NCBI GenBank assembly: GCA_037447605.1
Contig: CM074807.1
Coordinates: 1,240,001-1,304,000, forward strand
Reading direction: 5' to 3'
DNA: 64,000 nt
Source of the DNA: Zygnema circumcarinatum SAG 698-1b
Taxonomy: Eukaryota; Plantae; Zygnematophyceae
Of this stretch, positions 1-10,700 are shown piece after piece. Position 1 is the first letter of the stretch; the number at the start of each line of letters is the position of its first letter. The position numbers and the translations under genes were made by a program. The notes below the pieces were generated by a model. It was not told where the DNA came from, did not search any database, and saw nothing but the letters and a program-made list of their open reading frames with translations.

Positions 1-465
1 ATGGGAACAGTAATGGACAGAGTGGGCAAATGCCGACTGCCATGGCGGTGGATGGAGAGGGGGGAGAGGCAGGAAACAACGGGAGCAGCGGAGTGGACAA
101 CGGGATGAGCAAGGGAGGCACGGGGGGAGGGAGTGGAAACGGAGTGGTAGTGGTGGGACCCACTCAGAACCGCTCTGCGAGGAGAGAGGCGGCACTGAAT
201 AAGTTCCGGCAGAAGCGCAAGGAGAGATGCTTCGAGAAGAAGGTAAGAAGATTAATGCAATTTGTAGTCCTTTTCGCTTGTCAGCCACACGCGTACCTTC
301 TGTTCTGCAGTCGTTATTGCAACTTCACTAACTTGAATCTGTGGTGTAATGTTTTCCTTTACGCAGGTTCGATATCAGAGTCGAAAGAGGCTGGCAGAGC
401 AGCGACCTCGTGTGAGGGGACAGTTTGTGCGGCAGACTGCCCTCGTCAATGTGGATGCGGAGTGA
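1..465 (+). CDS. PRR: Pseudo-response regulator (PRR7/PRR37-like), 3' end only, CCT domain
   Basis: Exon <1-242 ends REAALNKFRQKRKERCFEKK. A GT-AG intron spans 243-366. Exon 367-465 reads VRYQSRKRLAEQRPRVRGQFVRQTALVNVDAE*. The joined sequence is the CCT motif typical of the PRR3/7 clade, preceded by a Gly/Asn/Ser-rich linker. The 5' part lies outside the window. Confidence 0.93.
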
Positions 466-1196
466 TGGGGACATCGGCGATGGCCATGATGCCATGCCAT
501 GCGGCGGAGGGGGGGTGGGGTCTGAGCATGATGCCGGGACGCATCTCATGTCACGTTGTGCATAGTTTTCCTTTTTTCCAGTTCTTGGCGGAGGGCGGGA
601 TGCGGCTGGAAAGCAGCTCACTTCGCTCGAAATGGAGGCCGACATCTCCTGAACGGGTGGCTGTTGTTGTCGAGTTTGGCAATTTTTAGGAAGAGTAGGG
701 TAGGAGATAATAGAACTGTGTATCTTACGGAATGCTTCAAAGACCAAACATTGTTTGAGACAGTGACAGAATAAGGTGGGATAAAATCCTTAACTCAGTC
801 AAAAAAAGAGGTAGGCCCTGCTGGGCGGCTGTCTTCCAGTTTTGTGACGTACTTGGTAAAATATTGTGCAGAGAATGCTCTCCACTTGTAATCATGCGAA
901 GGGGGGGGGAAGGGGAGGGACGGAAGGGGGAAGAGTTAGCAATAGTAGGACGGTACATTGTGCAAAATTGCTGAAATTTTGGACCTGGATCCATCTTCGT
1001 AAAGTTTTTGGCAATGTTTGTTTAAACACAGTGTGGATGTTTTGAAAATTGTGTAAATCTATCTGGACTGATTGCACCTTGAAGGCGAAAGCGGAAGGCA
1101 AATGCTTAGAGTTGACAAATCTCAGTTAAAGAACATTCGTTAACTTCAACAATGCCCCATAGCAGCCGCAGCTGCATTAACGTGGGCAGGCCAAAC

Positions 1197-1289
1197 TAGA
1201 CCCTACACCCTAAACCCTACACCCTGAACCCTACACCCTGAATCCTGAAAACCCTAAAACTCTGAACCCTAAGGGTCCTACTAACCCTG
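1197..1289. repeat. Degenerate telomere-like heptamer array (CCCTAAA/CCCTACA/CCCTGAA variants)
   Basis: ccctaca ccctaaa ccctaca ccctgaa ccctaca ccctgaa tcctgaaa accctaaa..., about 12 imperfect units resembling the plant telomere repeat (CCCTAAA)n. Confidence 0.75.
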
Positions 1290-1470
1290 TCCTGGAAATC
1301 CATTGCAATTCTAAATATTTTGAAGCTTGGTGTTCACAGCAGTTGGGACCCTCACGAGGCTCAAACCTTCGGAGATCGGGTCCACCTTTCTCGAGTGTCC
1401 ACCTTTCTTTCTATACAATCCATGTAGGATTGCAGCTTGCAGAGGCTGTTGCAACGGCGGAGAGTGCTAT

Positions 1471-3879
1471 TCACCCATGCGTCCATCTTATTCCTGTTCC
1501 GATGTCCCTGACGACTTCCCACGGTATAGAGAGAGAGGAAAACGAGAGAGTGAGAGAGATCGTGAGAGGGGGAGGAGGAAGGTGGGAGGGGGAGGGGGAG
1601 GGGGAAAGGGGGGAGGGATAGGGGGGAGGAGGAGAGGGAGGGGGGAGGGAGGGGAGGCGGGGGGGTGTGAGAGGGGGAAGGGGGGAGAAAGGTAGAGAGG
1701 GAGAGGGAGAGTGAGAGGGGGAGAGAGGAAGAGAGGGAGAGAGGGAGAGAGAGGGCGAGAGAGAGACACCAGTGACGAGAATATTGGAAGCTGCCGCTCT
1801 TGCCATATTGCTGAGGATATTGATGTGACCTTGTTTCCTTCTCACCGATTTCTGCTAGCAGCCTCTTCCTTCCAAGCCCTCTCCACGCAGTCCTGCAGCA
1901 ATGAGGCGAATTTCCTGTCATATGTGACCCCATGGAGGCTCCGCGCTACGTCCACACAAGGTGAAGGGCCCATTGTGCCAACAACTTGGGGCAAAGAGAT
2001 CTATCATGTCCTAACTGACGCTAAGTTGCAGGGTTGTTGTCCACAGCAGCAAGCATAGTACTGTCCCAAATTGTACATTGTGATCCAACGTATTCAAAAA
2101 CGATGAGGCAATGTGACTTGCCGCACATAAATCACTGACACCTTCCATCATCTGAGTTTCAATGCGGCTTAGAGTTTGTACTATCCCGGCCCTCATGAAT
2201 CCTTTCATGCTCACCTTGGGACTTCCAAGGGGACAACGCTTCACAAGTCGAAAGAGAGGTAAAAGATGATCGTTGAAAACGTGTGTGGTGCGGTTAAAGT
2301 CGTCCTTCACAAGGTCCGTGCAGATCTGCGTCTCCACTCGATCGGCTCCCAACCCTCGGAAATGATGATGCCGGACCTCCGTGAGAACATTAAGATTCTT
2401 TCCAAACGGACTGTCGAAAAACTCGTGAGTGCTCGCAAAGTCGACCTGCATTCCCACAACACAAAGTAGAAAATTCAACAGATAATCCAACCCTTTTTTT
2501 TTTTTGGTCTCTGCAGTCAGAAGACCCCCCATGGCATTGCACATTTCCACACCTTCCGAGGGTTTGCAAAGTATTTCCGGTGACCCCAAAACTGGAGACA
2601 GAGGGCCGAGTCCGGGTATGCAGCGGGTAGCAAGCAGCTCGGCTCTCTCTCTCTCAGACGCGCTCTCTCTGCCATGAAGTCTCCCTCCCTCTTCTCCGTA
2701 CAGCGCTGCATGTCCCATGCGTATGAGCCATGCGTCAGCCATGGGGTCTCCGCATACTCGGCCAGAATGCCCTGGAGAGTATTGGGAGGAACAAGCTCAA
2801 GGTACCTGCGGGAGAGGGGGAAAGAGAGAGGGGGAGAGGGAGAGAGAGAGTGGGGGAGAGGGAAAGAGAGAGAGGGGAAGAGGGAGAGAGAGAGAGGGGG
2901 AGCGCGAGAGTGAGGAAAGAGGCACATCGAAATTGGTGTGAAATGCAAAGTTCATGAAATAACACCGGAAATGTGATGTGGAATTATTCCGTCTATGGCT
3001 GCTTAAGGCTGCAATGAGAAAGTGTATTTGGGAGGATTTTATTTACTCGTCGACATCGGCCATAGCGACCCATTTGGCTTCCATTCGAGAGCGGTGGAGA
3101 CAATCGGCAATGGCCAATGGCTGCTCACTTCCCCCCACTCGCCCCCCGGAACAACAAAAAGGGACTCAATCGAAAGGGACAAGCGAAGCAAGGTAGATAT
3201 TTCCCTCCTTCTCTAATTCTCTTTCTCAACTATGATAACCCTCTTCATTCAAAAAACGAGTGCTGGCAGGTAGGCAGACCTCACCTGACCCCACTGCTTA
3301 ATGCCATAAATCAAGACTTCGCGCATGTCAGTGATTGTGACCAGATTCGCGTTCTTGTAAGGCTCAAGCATTGCTAGAAAAGCCGCATCTATTGCTCCTG
3401 CGTTGTACATGTAAAAGTGGTCCACATTGTATAAGACCCGGTGAAACTCCATCCACTCCTTCACCTGAACATCAATAATAGCTCGAAAGCCCCGTTACTT
3501 TGAAATGCCTGCTTGAGCGAAGGCAATTTTCACAAAAGGGACGAGCTCTAAGTCTCCTTTTAGAAAGGAACACGAAATTGCAGGCAGTGCGGTTCACCTC
3601 TCCGGGAACCATAATGTCGTGATAAGAAGAGGCGCAGTATGCCAATTGGTATTTGAACTGATCAGTGGGAGGCGAGAGGATGTGGGTCTGCATAACATTG
3701 CCCTTTTGCATGTTATCTACTGGGGATTAAAGAAGATGATTCCACTATAACAGAACAGGGAAAGCGTGCAGACACATTAAGACTGGAAGTAAAACTAAAG
3801 AAATTGTGGAAGGTAGAGAGTTGACGACAATCACAGCTCTGCCGAATGTATACATAGAGAGAGAGAAAGAGAGAAAGAA

Positions 3880-3917
<38 letters not shown>

Positions 3918-6744
3918 GGGGCGTGGTGTGGGAGAGACAAGGAACGGAGGAGACAGAAAAAGCGAAAGGAGGCCGAGGCAAGAGCGCCCGCGGAAAGCGC
4001 GAGAGAGGATGGCCATAACGAGAGAGAGAGACATAGAGGGGGGGACAGGAAGCGAGAACGGGGGGGGGCTGAAGCACTTCACCTGGTTTGCATCTTCCCG
4101 ATACATAACAAAGCGTTCAAAGTCCACACTCCCTTCCAACCAGCCTCCCGTGTCCGCCGTGTCCCCCTCCAGGACGCAGAGCAGCACAATGCCCTCGTAC
4201 TGCAGCTCCCTCCCGCCCCTCCTTAGAGTGCAGTGAGTGGGGGCGGAGCGAGGGAGGGAGGGCGAGCTCTCCCTCCCGCCCCTCCTTAGAGAGCAGTGAG
4301 ACGGGCCAAGGCGAGGGGGAGAGAGCGGGCTCTCCCTCCCCCCCCTTCCTTAGAGTGCAGTGAGAGGGGGCGGGGCGAGGGAGGGAGGGCGAGCTCTCCC
4401 TCCCGCCGCGTGGCACATACCCATTGGCCAAAGATAGCGCTTTCGGAAAGCGGGCCTTCATATGCAGCTGTGAGCGTGCCAGCTGTCGTGCTGCCATTGG
4501 TCGCATGCCACGTGCAGCCCTGCAGTTGCCTCGTGGTTCGGTGCGCCGCCCCGGCCAATCCCGTTCCTGAAAAGGTCCTCCTTCCGGTGCGGTATGCACT
4601 GCACCAATTTAGGCCCATTTCCAGGAGGAGGGATTCTTCAGATGGAAATTTCCGGCCTTCACAGTATTGAGAGACTGCATGCAATTGGACCACGACGGAA
4701 GGAAAGGCTATGCAAAGGTCAGTCAAGCTTAGTCAGTCATGAGGCTATGTCAGAATGTCTGGAGATTTGAAAGCATTTCACCTGAATTGAATGAAGCTGC
4801 GCATTCCGTGAGCCTTGAATGTGTGCTGCTGCCAAACTGACGGCGGCTCCGCGGGAATCCATCGCGGGACAAAGGGCCTTAAGCTGCTGTTCGCTTTTCC
4901 AATCAAGTCCTACCACATACAGCAACAAGAAAGAGAAGAAATTGATTAAAAATCGCTACATCTGAAGAATCTCCCCGGAAATACCCCCTAATATAAAGTT
5001 CATCCCTACATCTGTGCATTTCTTTTCACCTGCATTGCTTGTTGCACCTCTGGCAGCTCACTCAAGGACTTAAGCCGAGGAGGGTCCGACGATTCTGCGC
5101 GTGTAAGCTGCTTTATCTTCCGCACAAACTTCCGAATCTTGATTTCCCCCTCCAGTCGTGTAGCATTCGCTGCTTCTAGCCGAGTGCTCATCGCCTGCAA
5201 TTCCTCCTCCAGCTTTGCATTCCGCATCTTCTGCGATTCATACTTTGCTTCCCAGTCAGCCAGTTGGCCCGCGAGATCTGCTCTGCCCTCTTCCAGCTGC
5301 TTCGTCTGAAGCTGCAGCGCTGAAATAGTGGCTTCCTGATCAGCGATTTCTTTGGCTGAATCTGCTCGCCAAAAGGATCCCTGCCGAAGGAAACGAGCCC
5401 AAACAAAGCTTTTCTAAACTTCGTCAAAGGGGCCTTGAGAGCAGGCTATGCAGCAGACGAGGTTGGGACTCTGAAAGGCTAGCAACATGAATGGATGGGA
5501 GTAGTTTTCGCTCCATTTCGGTTAAAAAAATGGACCAGGTCAGAGCAATGCTCAGTTCCCAAGCACAGTATAGCCTCCCAGTAATGCTCCCAGCTTCAAC
5601 AGCTTATCATTTTTTGCACACCAAACGTCATAGTAGTTGTTTTTATGACATAATCATTATGGTTAGTCGATGTTCATAACAGAAGCGACCGTAAGTTTGA
5701 AGGACCTGTCGAGAAGGACACTCACGTTCAAAATAACGCGGGGCCTACGGATTATGCTGAAACAATATCCAGTCAAAGTACCAACCGGTAACTCACAGCA
5801 ACCAAGGACTTACTTTGTCACTCTGACTTAACACAGATGTATTAATTAATTACTATGCAATACTATTCACCAAGTGCACGCTTGTGCAAGAGACTGAAAC
5901 ATTAATTTAGTCAGCCAAATGAAAGAGTCCATACTTAAGTTCATACTAAAAAGTGCACGTAGTCGTGTATGCTCGAGTGACAGCAAGTTGAAGTATTGGA
6001 GCAGGGAGCTGCGAGAATGTCCAGCTAGGACGGGTGCGCATGCGTACCTGTATAATCAGCAGACACAGAGCGAATAGAAGTAGCCCTGCAGTCCGAGTCT
6101 GAACCCCATCCTTTACCAATATAAAAAATGGGCACTTGCTTTTTTTTGCAAAGAAAAAAGGAGGGTGAAGGAGTGAGTGGAAGAAGAGTTTCCCAATCCT
6201 AAAGCTGTATTATATGAACTTCCTATCCTGAACTACAGTGTTTTCAGAGCTTTGTGTCTTCGCCTGGATCAGTTCGGCCAAGCTAAGAAATTTGGGAATT
6301 GAACCAGAAGGAACCAAAAACGGCGTGAAATTCTCAAGTATGCAGTGTCCTAGCCGATAGCTTATAAATAGGCGGACTGACTGGCATGCTGCAGGGAGGG
6401 GCAAAAGCAATGAGCGCTTGCAAAATCACGAGGAAAAATGAGAAAATAAGAAGGCTGTTAGGCTTTGTTGTAGGCTGCATTCAAAACAGAATTTGTTTCA
6501 TTTATTAGTCCCACGGCAAGAACAAAAAAAATCCGTATTTGAAATGCCTTGTATTGCACAACACTTGCAGTACCATGAGCTTCGTCCAAGACAGAGGCAC
6601 GCAGTGCCCAAAAAGTGAAGGAAAAGCCAGCCCTTGCCGGATCCTGTTCGAAGATCCATCAAATTGCTCATCTACGTGCATGGCATCTCCGTCACGCTGC
6701 CAGCTGCCAGGGCGCTCGACGGCATTTGCTCCCAGCATACTCAT
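1471..6744 (-). CDS. Glycosyltransferase family 92 (DUF23), galactan synthase GALS-like type II membrane protein
   Basis: Exons (minus): 6744-6574, 6098-6048 (TM: TRTAGLLLFALCLLIIQ), 5380-5030, 4909-4782, 4598-4421, 4199-4083, 3687-3598, 3464-3285, 3120-3047, 2805-2553, 2445-2215, and inferred 2000-1846 and 1507-1471. All are GT-AG and phase-compatible. GALS-like motifs: FKAHGMRSFIQFSAYRTG..F..TGLA, KYQLAYCASS, VKEWMEFH, DCLHRSR...W..ADVDEY (DxD), RKYFANP, RHHHFRG. The first and the last two exons are inferred from splice signals only. An unspliced read-through would stop at 2011. Confidence 0.87.
1525..1765. repeat. GA/G-rich purine microsatellite tract (probably an intron of the GT92 gene)
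   Basis: About 240 bp almost entirely of G and A on the + strand. Similar tracts fill GT92 introns at about 2810-2910 and 3855-4070. Confidence 0.85.
4206..4407. repeat. Minisatellite, about 3.2 copies of a 63-64 bp unit, filling a GT92 intron
   Basis: The unit ctccctcccgcccctccttagagtgcagtgag...gagggagggcgagct starts at 4206, 4269, 4332 and (partial) 4396. The intron spans 4200-4420. Confidence 0.9.
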
Positions 6745-7175
6745 GAGCACCTGTCTTTCACACCCTCCCTCCCTCTGTCCTGCTGCGCCTCTGTCCTCGC
6801 CACTCAAGCTTTCCTGCTACAGGTACGCCTCCACAACTTGAGCTCCAAGAAAAGCCATGCCAGTGAAGGTACGGGAGGAGAGAGTGCGAGAGAGGGAGAG
6901 GGAGAGGGAGAGAGTGAGAGCGAGGGGGAGGGGGAGGGGGAGGGGGAGGGGGAGGGAAGGCAAGCAAGTCCACGTGGCAATCAGTTATCCACGTGGCGCG
7001 CGCTGACTTTCTCTGCCGCTGCCGCGTTTGCCCCAATATGTACAGGTCATGACGTCAGCGGCAGGCTGACGCAGGACCACGCTACCAAGCGGTTGCAAAC
7101 GGAAAAGGATGGTGGTACCGTCAGGAGCGGACGACCTCCGGCGAGGAAAAGCGGTCGACGGACGGCGCATGTGAC

Positions 7176-7183
7176 TTTCGCGG
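7176..7183 (+). promoter_or_regulatory. E2F-type site (TTTCGCGG) in the GT92/SMC4 divergent intergenic region
   Basis: Exact match to TTTSSCGS about 560 bp upstream of the SMC4 ATG. This is a motif match only. Confidence 0.35.
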
Positions 7184-7645
7184 ACTTCTACCAATGGCTC
7201 GCGGACAAGGCCGTACGATGTGGAGGTGTTATAGATGACGTCACCACTCGGTTGTACAAGGAACCCGCGCAGCTCGTTCCGGTTGTTTGAAACAGCGGTC
7301 ACGGTCACGTACGTCGACGTCTCGTAGTAGGGTTGGGGGCACATGGAGGCACGAACTGGGCCGGGCCCGTGCCCCCAACCCTCCCTCCCTCCCTCCGGCA
7401 GCGGCAAGGCGAGGCGAGGCGAGGCGGCATCCGCCGCTCAAAACGTGAACCGGAGGGAGGGGACTGCTTCAACCGACACGAATGGAAAGGTACGACGTAA
7501 AGTGTACGATCGCACATTTTCTCGTATTCTAGCAGGAGAAAGTGAAAAAACGTACATAATCTGTCTTATGTACGGCGTATGGCATGTTAAGTAGCAGGAC
7601 CTCTCGCCGGAGAGCGGACCCCAACGTCTCCTGTTCCGTACGGCC

Positions 7646-7659
7646 CGCGCAAATTTGAA
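7646..7659 (+). promoter_or_regulatory. CDE/CHR-like tandem element upstream of SMC4
   Basis: CGCG-caaa-TTTGAA: a GC element, a 4-nt spacer and the CHR hexamer, 76 bp upstream of ATG 7735. This is a motif match only. Confidence 0.4.
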
Positions 7660-7734
7660 CTTGCGAGGGAGGGAGGGAGGGGGAGGGGGAGGGGGAGGGC
7701 GAGGGGAGGAGCTCTGCAGCGCCACCTGGCGGCC

Positions 7735-10700
7735 ATGGCGGGACAGGAAGCCACGCTGCAGGACGACATGGATATGGAGGATGTGTCCATTGGCATAGCT
7801 GACATGGAAGTGGAGGAGGAGCGGGAGGCGGACATCCGTGGCAGTCCCTTGCACAGCCCAGAAGTGGCCAAAGCCGCAGACGGTCAGACGAAGGGTTCGA
7901 GGCGACTTATGATAACTGAGATGGTCCTTGAAAACTTTAAATCTTACGCTGGAGCACAGCGTGTTGGTCCATTTCATAAGGTGTGGTCCTCGATTGGTGT
8001 TTCCGTTCTGGATGATCTCAGGTGACATTGTGCTTCTGCCTTCATGTTCTATAAAACATATAGTAGATTTAAGTTCTTAAATCGTCTCGCGCTTTCAGCT
8101 CCGTCAAATTAATGAGCAGTTACTGTTTTGTTAAAATGCAGTGCTTTTCATCTGTAGTGGGACCTAATGGAAGCGGGAAGAGCAACGTCATCGACGCTAT
8201 GCTTTTTGTATTCGGAAAACGTGCAAAGCAGGTCAGCTTTCGAAGCCTTGGTGTACGGTATTCTTCTCTGAACGAGTGGAACCTGCAGGGCGATGTTCAC
8301 AATGTAAATGACATATGTACGCCATGTTGTGGTGCAGTTACGGCTCAACAAAGTTTCGGAGCTTATCCATAACTCTTCTAATCATCAAAATCTACAAGAG
8401 GCAAGGGTCACTGTGCACTTCAACGAGATCGTTGACCTGGTTAGTGCCGCGCTCTGCAGGCTTCACTCAAATGTCTCGCTCGTCAATTTAAAGCTATTCA
8501 AAGGGCAATCCAAGCGACCTTAGCACATTACATTCACGGCGTTTTTGGTGTTTTGAAAGGTTGGCTTCTGTTTGTGTGAAACAAAATAAAGTCATCTACC
8601 AGATGAAAGTCCTTGGGCCCAAATAAGCAAGCGAAAGGGCGGTCTGCAAGCACTCACCAAACTTGCGGCCCATTGTTAAAAATGTTGGGTTGATTTTCAG
8701 GATGATGAAGCTTACGAGGTGATTCCCAATTCGGAACTCACCATAGCACGATCAGCTTATCGAAATAACACCTCCAAGTATTTTATCAATGGAAAAACAA
8801 GTACTTTTACAGACGTCACAAATCTCCTCAAGGGGAAGGGAGTGGATTTGGATAACAACCGCTTTCTTATTTTGCAGGTATCACATCCAAACTTTATGCT
8901 GAAGCGAGGAATAGGGCCTGTAGTCAGTATAAGCTTACCCTATGTTTCCAGAACATGCTTAAGGAAGAAGAGAAGTCAGATTCATGCATACGCTGCTCAT
9001 ATGATTGAGAGTTGGTGATGGAATGGTACCACAGTAGGAACTGCAAGACTCACATCTGTATCTCTCACACTACACGGCGTTTATGCAATTGTGCGATAGA
9101 GCAATGACGTGGAATTTTCCTGTTCGTGCCTATTGGACAGGGGGAGGTTGAGCAGATTGCCATGATGAAGCCAAAAAGCCAAGGACCTCACGATGAGGGA
9201 TTGTTAGAATATTTGGAGGACATCATTGGTTCCAATTGTTACATAGAACAAATTGAAAACGTTTCTAAAGAGTGAGACCGTCCATAGCCTTCACACATTG
9301 CTGTCAAGTATAATTCAATTAGCTATGATGAGCATCAGCTACACCTGCTACCTTTTGTTGACTGCAGTCTTCTAGTTTCTGAGTTTAAGTTTGTATCCAG
9401 TGCTCTTGCGGAACATCTATAGATTCTCTCAGGCTTTTAACTATTAAGTAGCTCTTAACACCCATCAATTTGACTTACGTCGACGAACATGCTATCAATT
9501 TTAGTTTTGCATTTTTTGTTTTATCAATTTTCAGTTTTGCGTTTTGGCCGTGCAGGCTTGAAACATTGAACGAAACACGGACTGGAATGGTGCAGCGAGT
9601 GAAGCTGGTGGAGAAGGACAAAGATGCACTTGAGGTGTGTGGACGAGATTCTGTATCGAAGCACGTTAGCCCGACATAATATAATATTTTTTGCTTAGGT
9701 AATTGCTGACAATCTGGAGTCAGTATTGCGAGTCGTAGTTTCCACCATCCTATTTCTAAGGAGGCTCACTCATAGTGATCCACTTCTTGTTGATCTTGCA
9801 GGGGGTAAAGAAGGAAGCAGAAGCTTACATTCTAAAGGAAGCAGAAAAACTCCAGTGGCAGGGGAAGGTGTATGAGATTATGCTCCATGAAGCTGAATCA
9901 ACTGTAGAATCATTACAGAAGCAAGTGGCAGAACTGTCTGAGAGAATAAGCGTGGAGCGGTACGCTACTAAATGCCAACAAACCGATTGGATATGGAGTG
10001 CCATGAATACGAATAATGATGCTGACACTGAATTATGCTACATCTGGCAGTTCAGTTTTTGCTGCCCAAATATGGGAACCAACACCTAATCTAAGTAGGC
10101 TGGTCATCAGAACTATGAAAGTTTCTTCTATCAGTGGCCGGTGCTTAGGTGAGTGCATGCCAATTCTTATTTGATCTGCCTCTCATGAGCCCAACAACTC
10201 TGCAAGCGTATTGCAGGGAAAAGGCTGTTGAATATCAGCGGAGCCTTGCTGATATGGAAGGCAGCTACAACAAACTTAAACAAGAGCATGAGGTCCGTAA
10301 ATGTATAACCCATGCCTCAGACTAGCTGATGGATGGCACTTTTCTTTACTAGCTTTAAGGGGAGGTTTTGATTGACGAACCTTACTGTCCAATATTGAGG
10401 ACTCCTGTGCTTCATTGAGGTTGCAAGTAAGCATTTCAAAAGTGGGAAATGACAGAGTTCCCAGAGTGGGTCAGAGTTCCCAAAAAGGCCTCTATTTTAA
10501 ACTGCTAATCCAATCATTTCTTTGAGAGTATCATGGACTTACCTGACCTGCGATTCTTTCTGGACGACTTCAGTTTATCCAAAAGGAGCTTGAAGTTTGC
10601 CAGAACGAGTTTACAGAGTGTGAGCGAAAAGACGTGAAGTACCGAGAGGACTTGAAGCACAGCAAGACAAAGCTGAAGAAGCTCGAGGAGAAGCTGAAGA

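Noticed and set aside
1327-1933. Several long overlapping ORFs rich in E/R/G or S/L/P (similar sets at 2674-2965 and 3745-4236)
   Set aside because: They are translations of GA/CT microsatellites, which lack stop codons, and lie mostly in GT92 introns.
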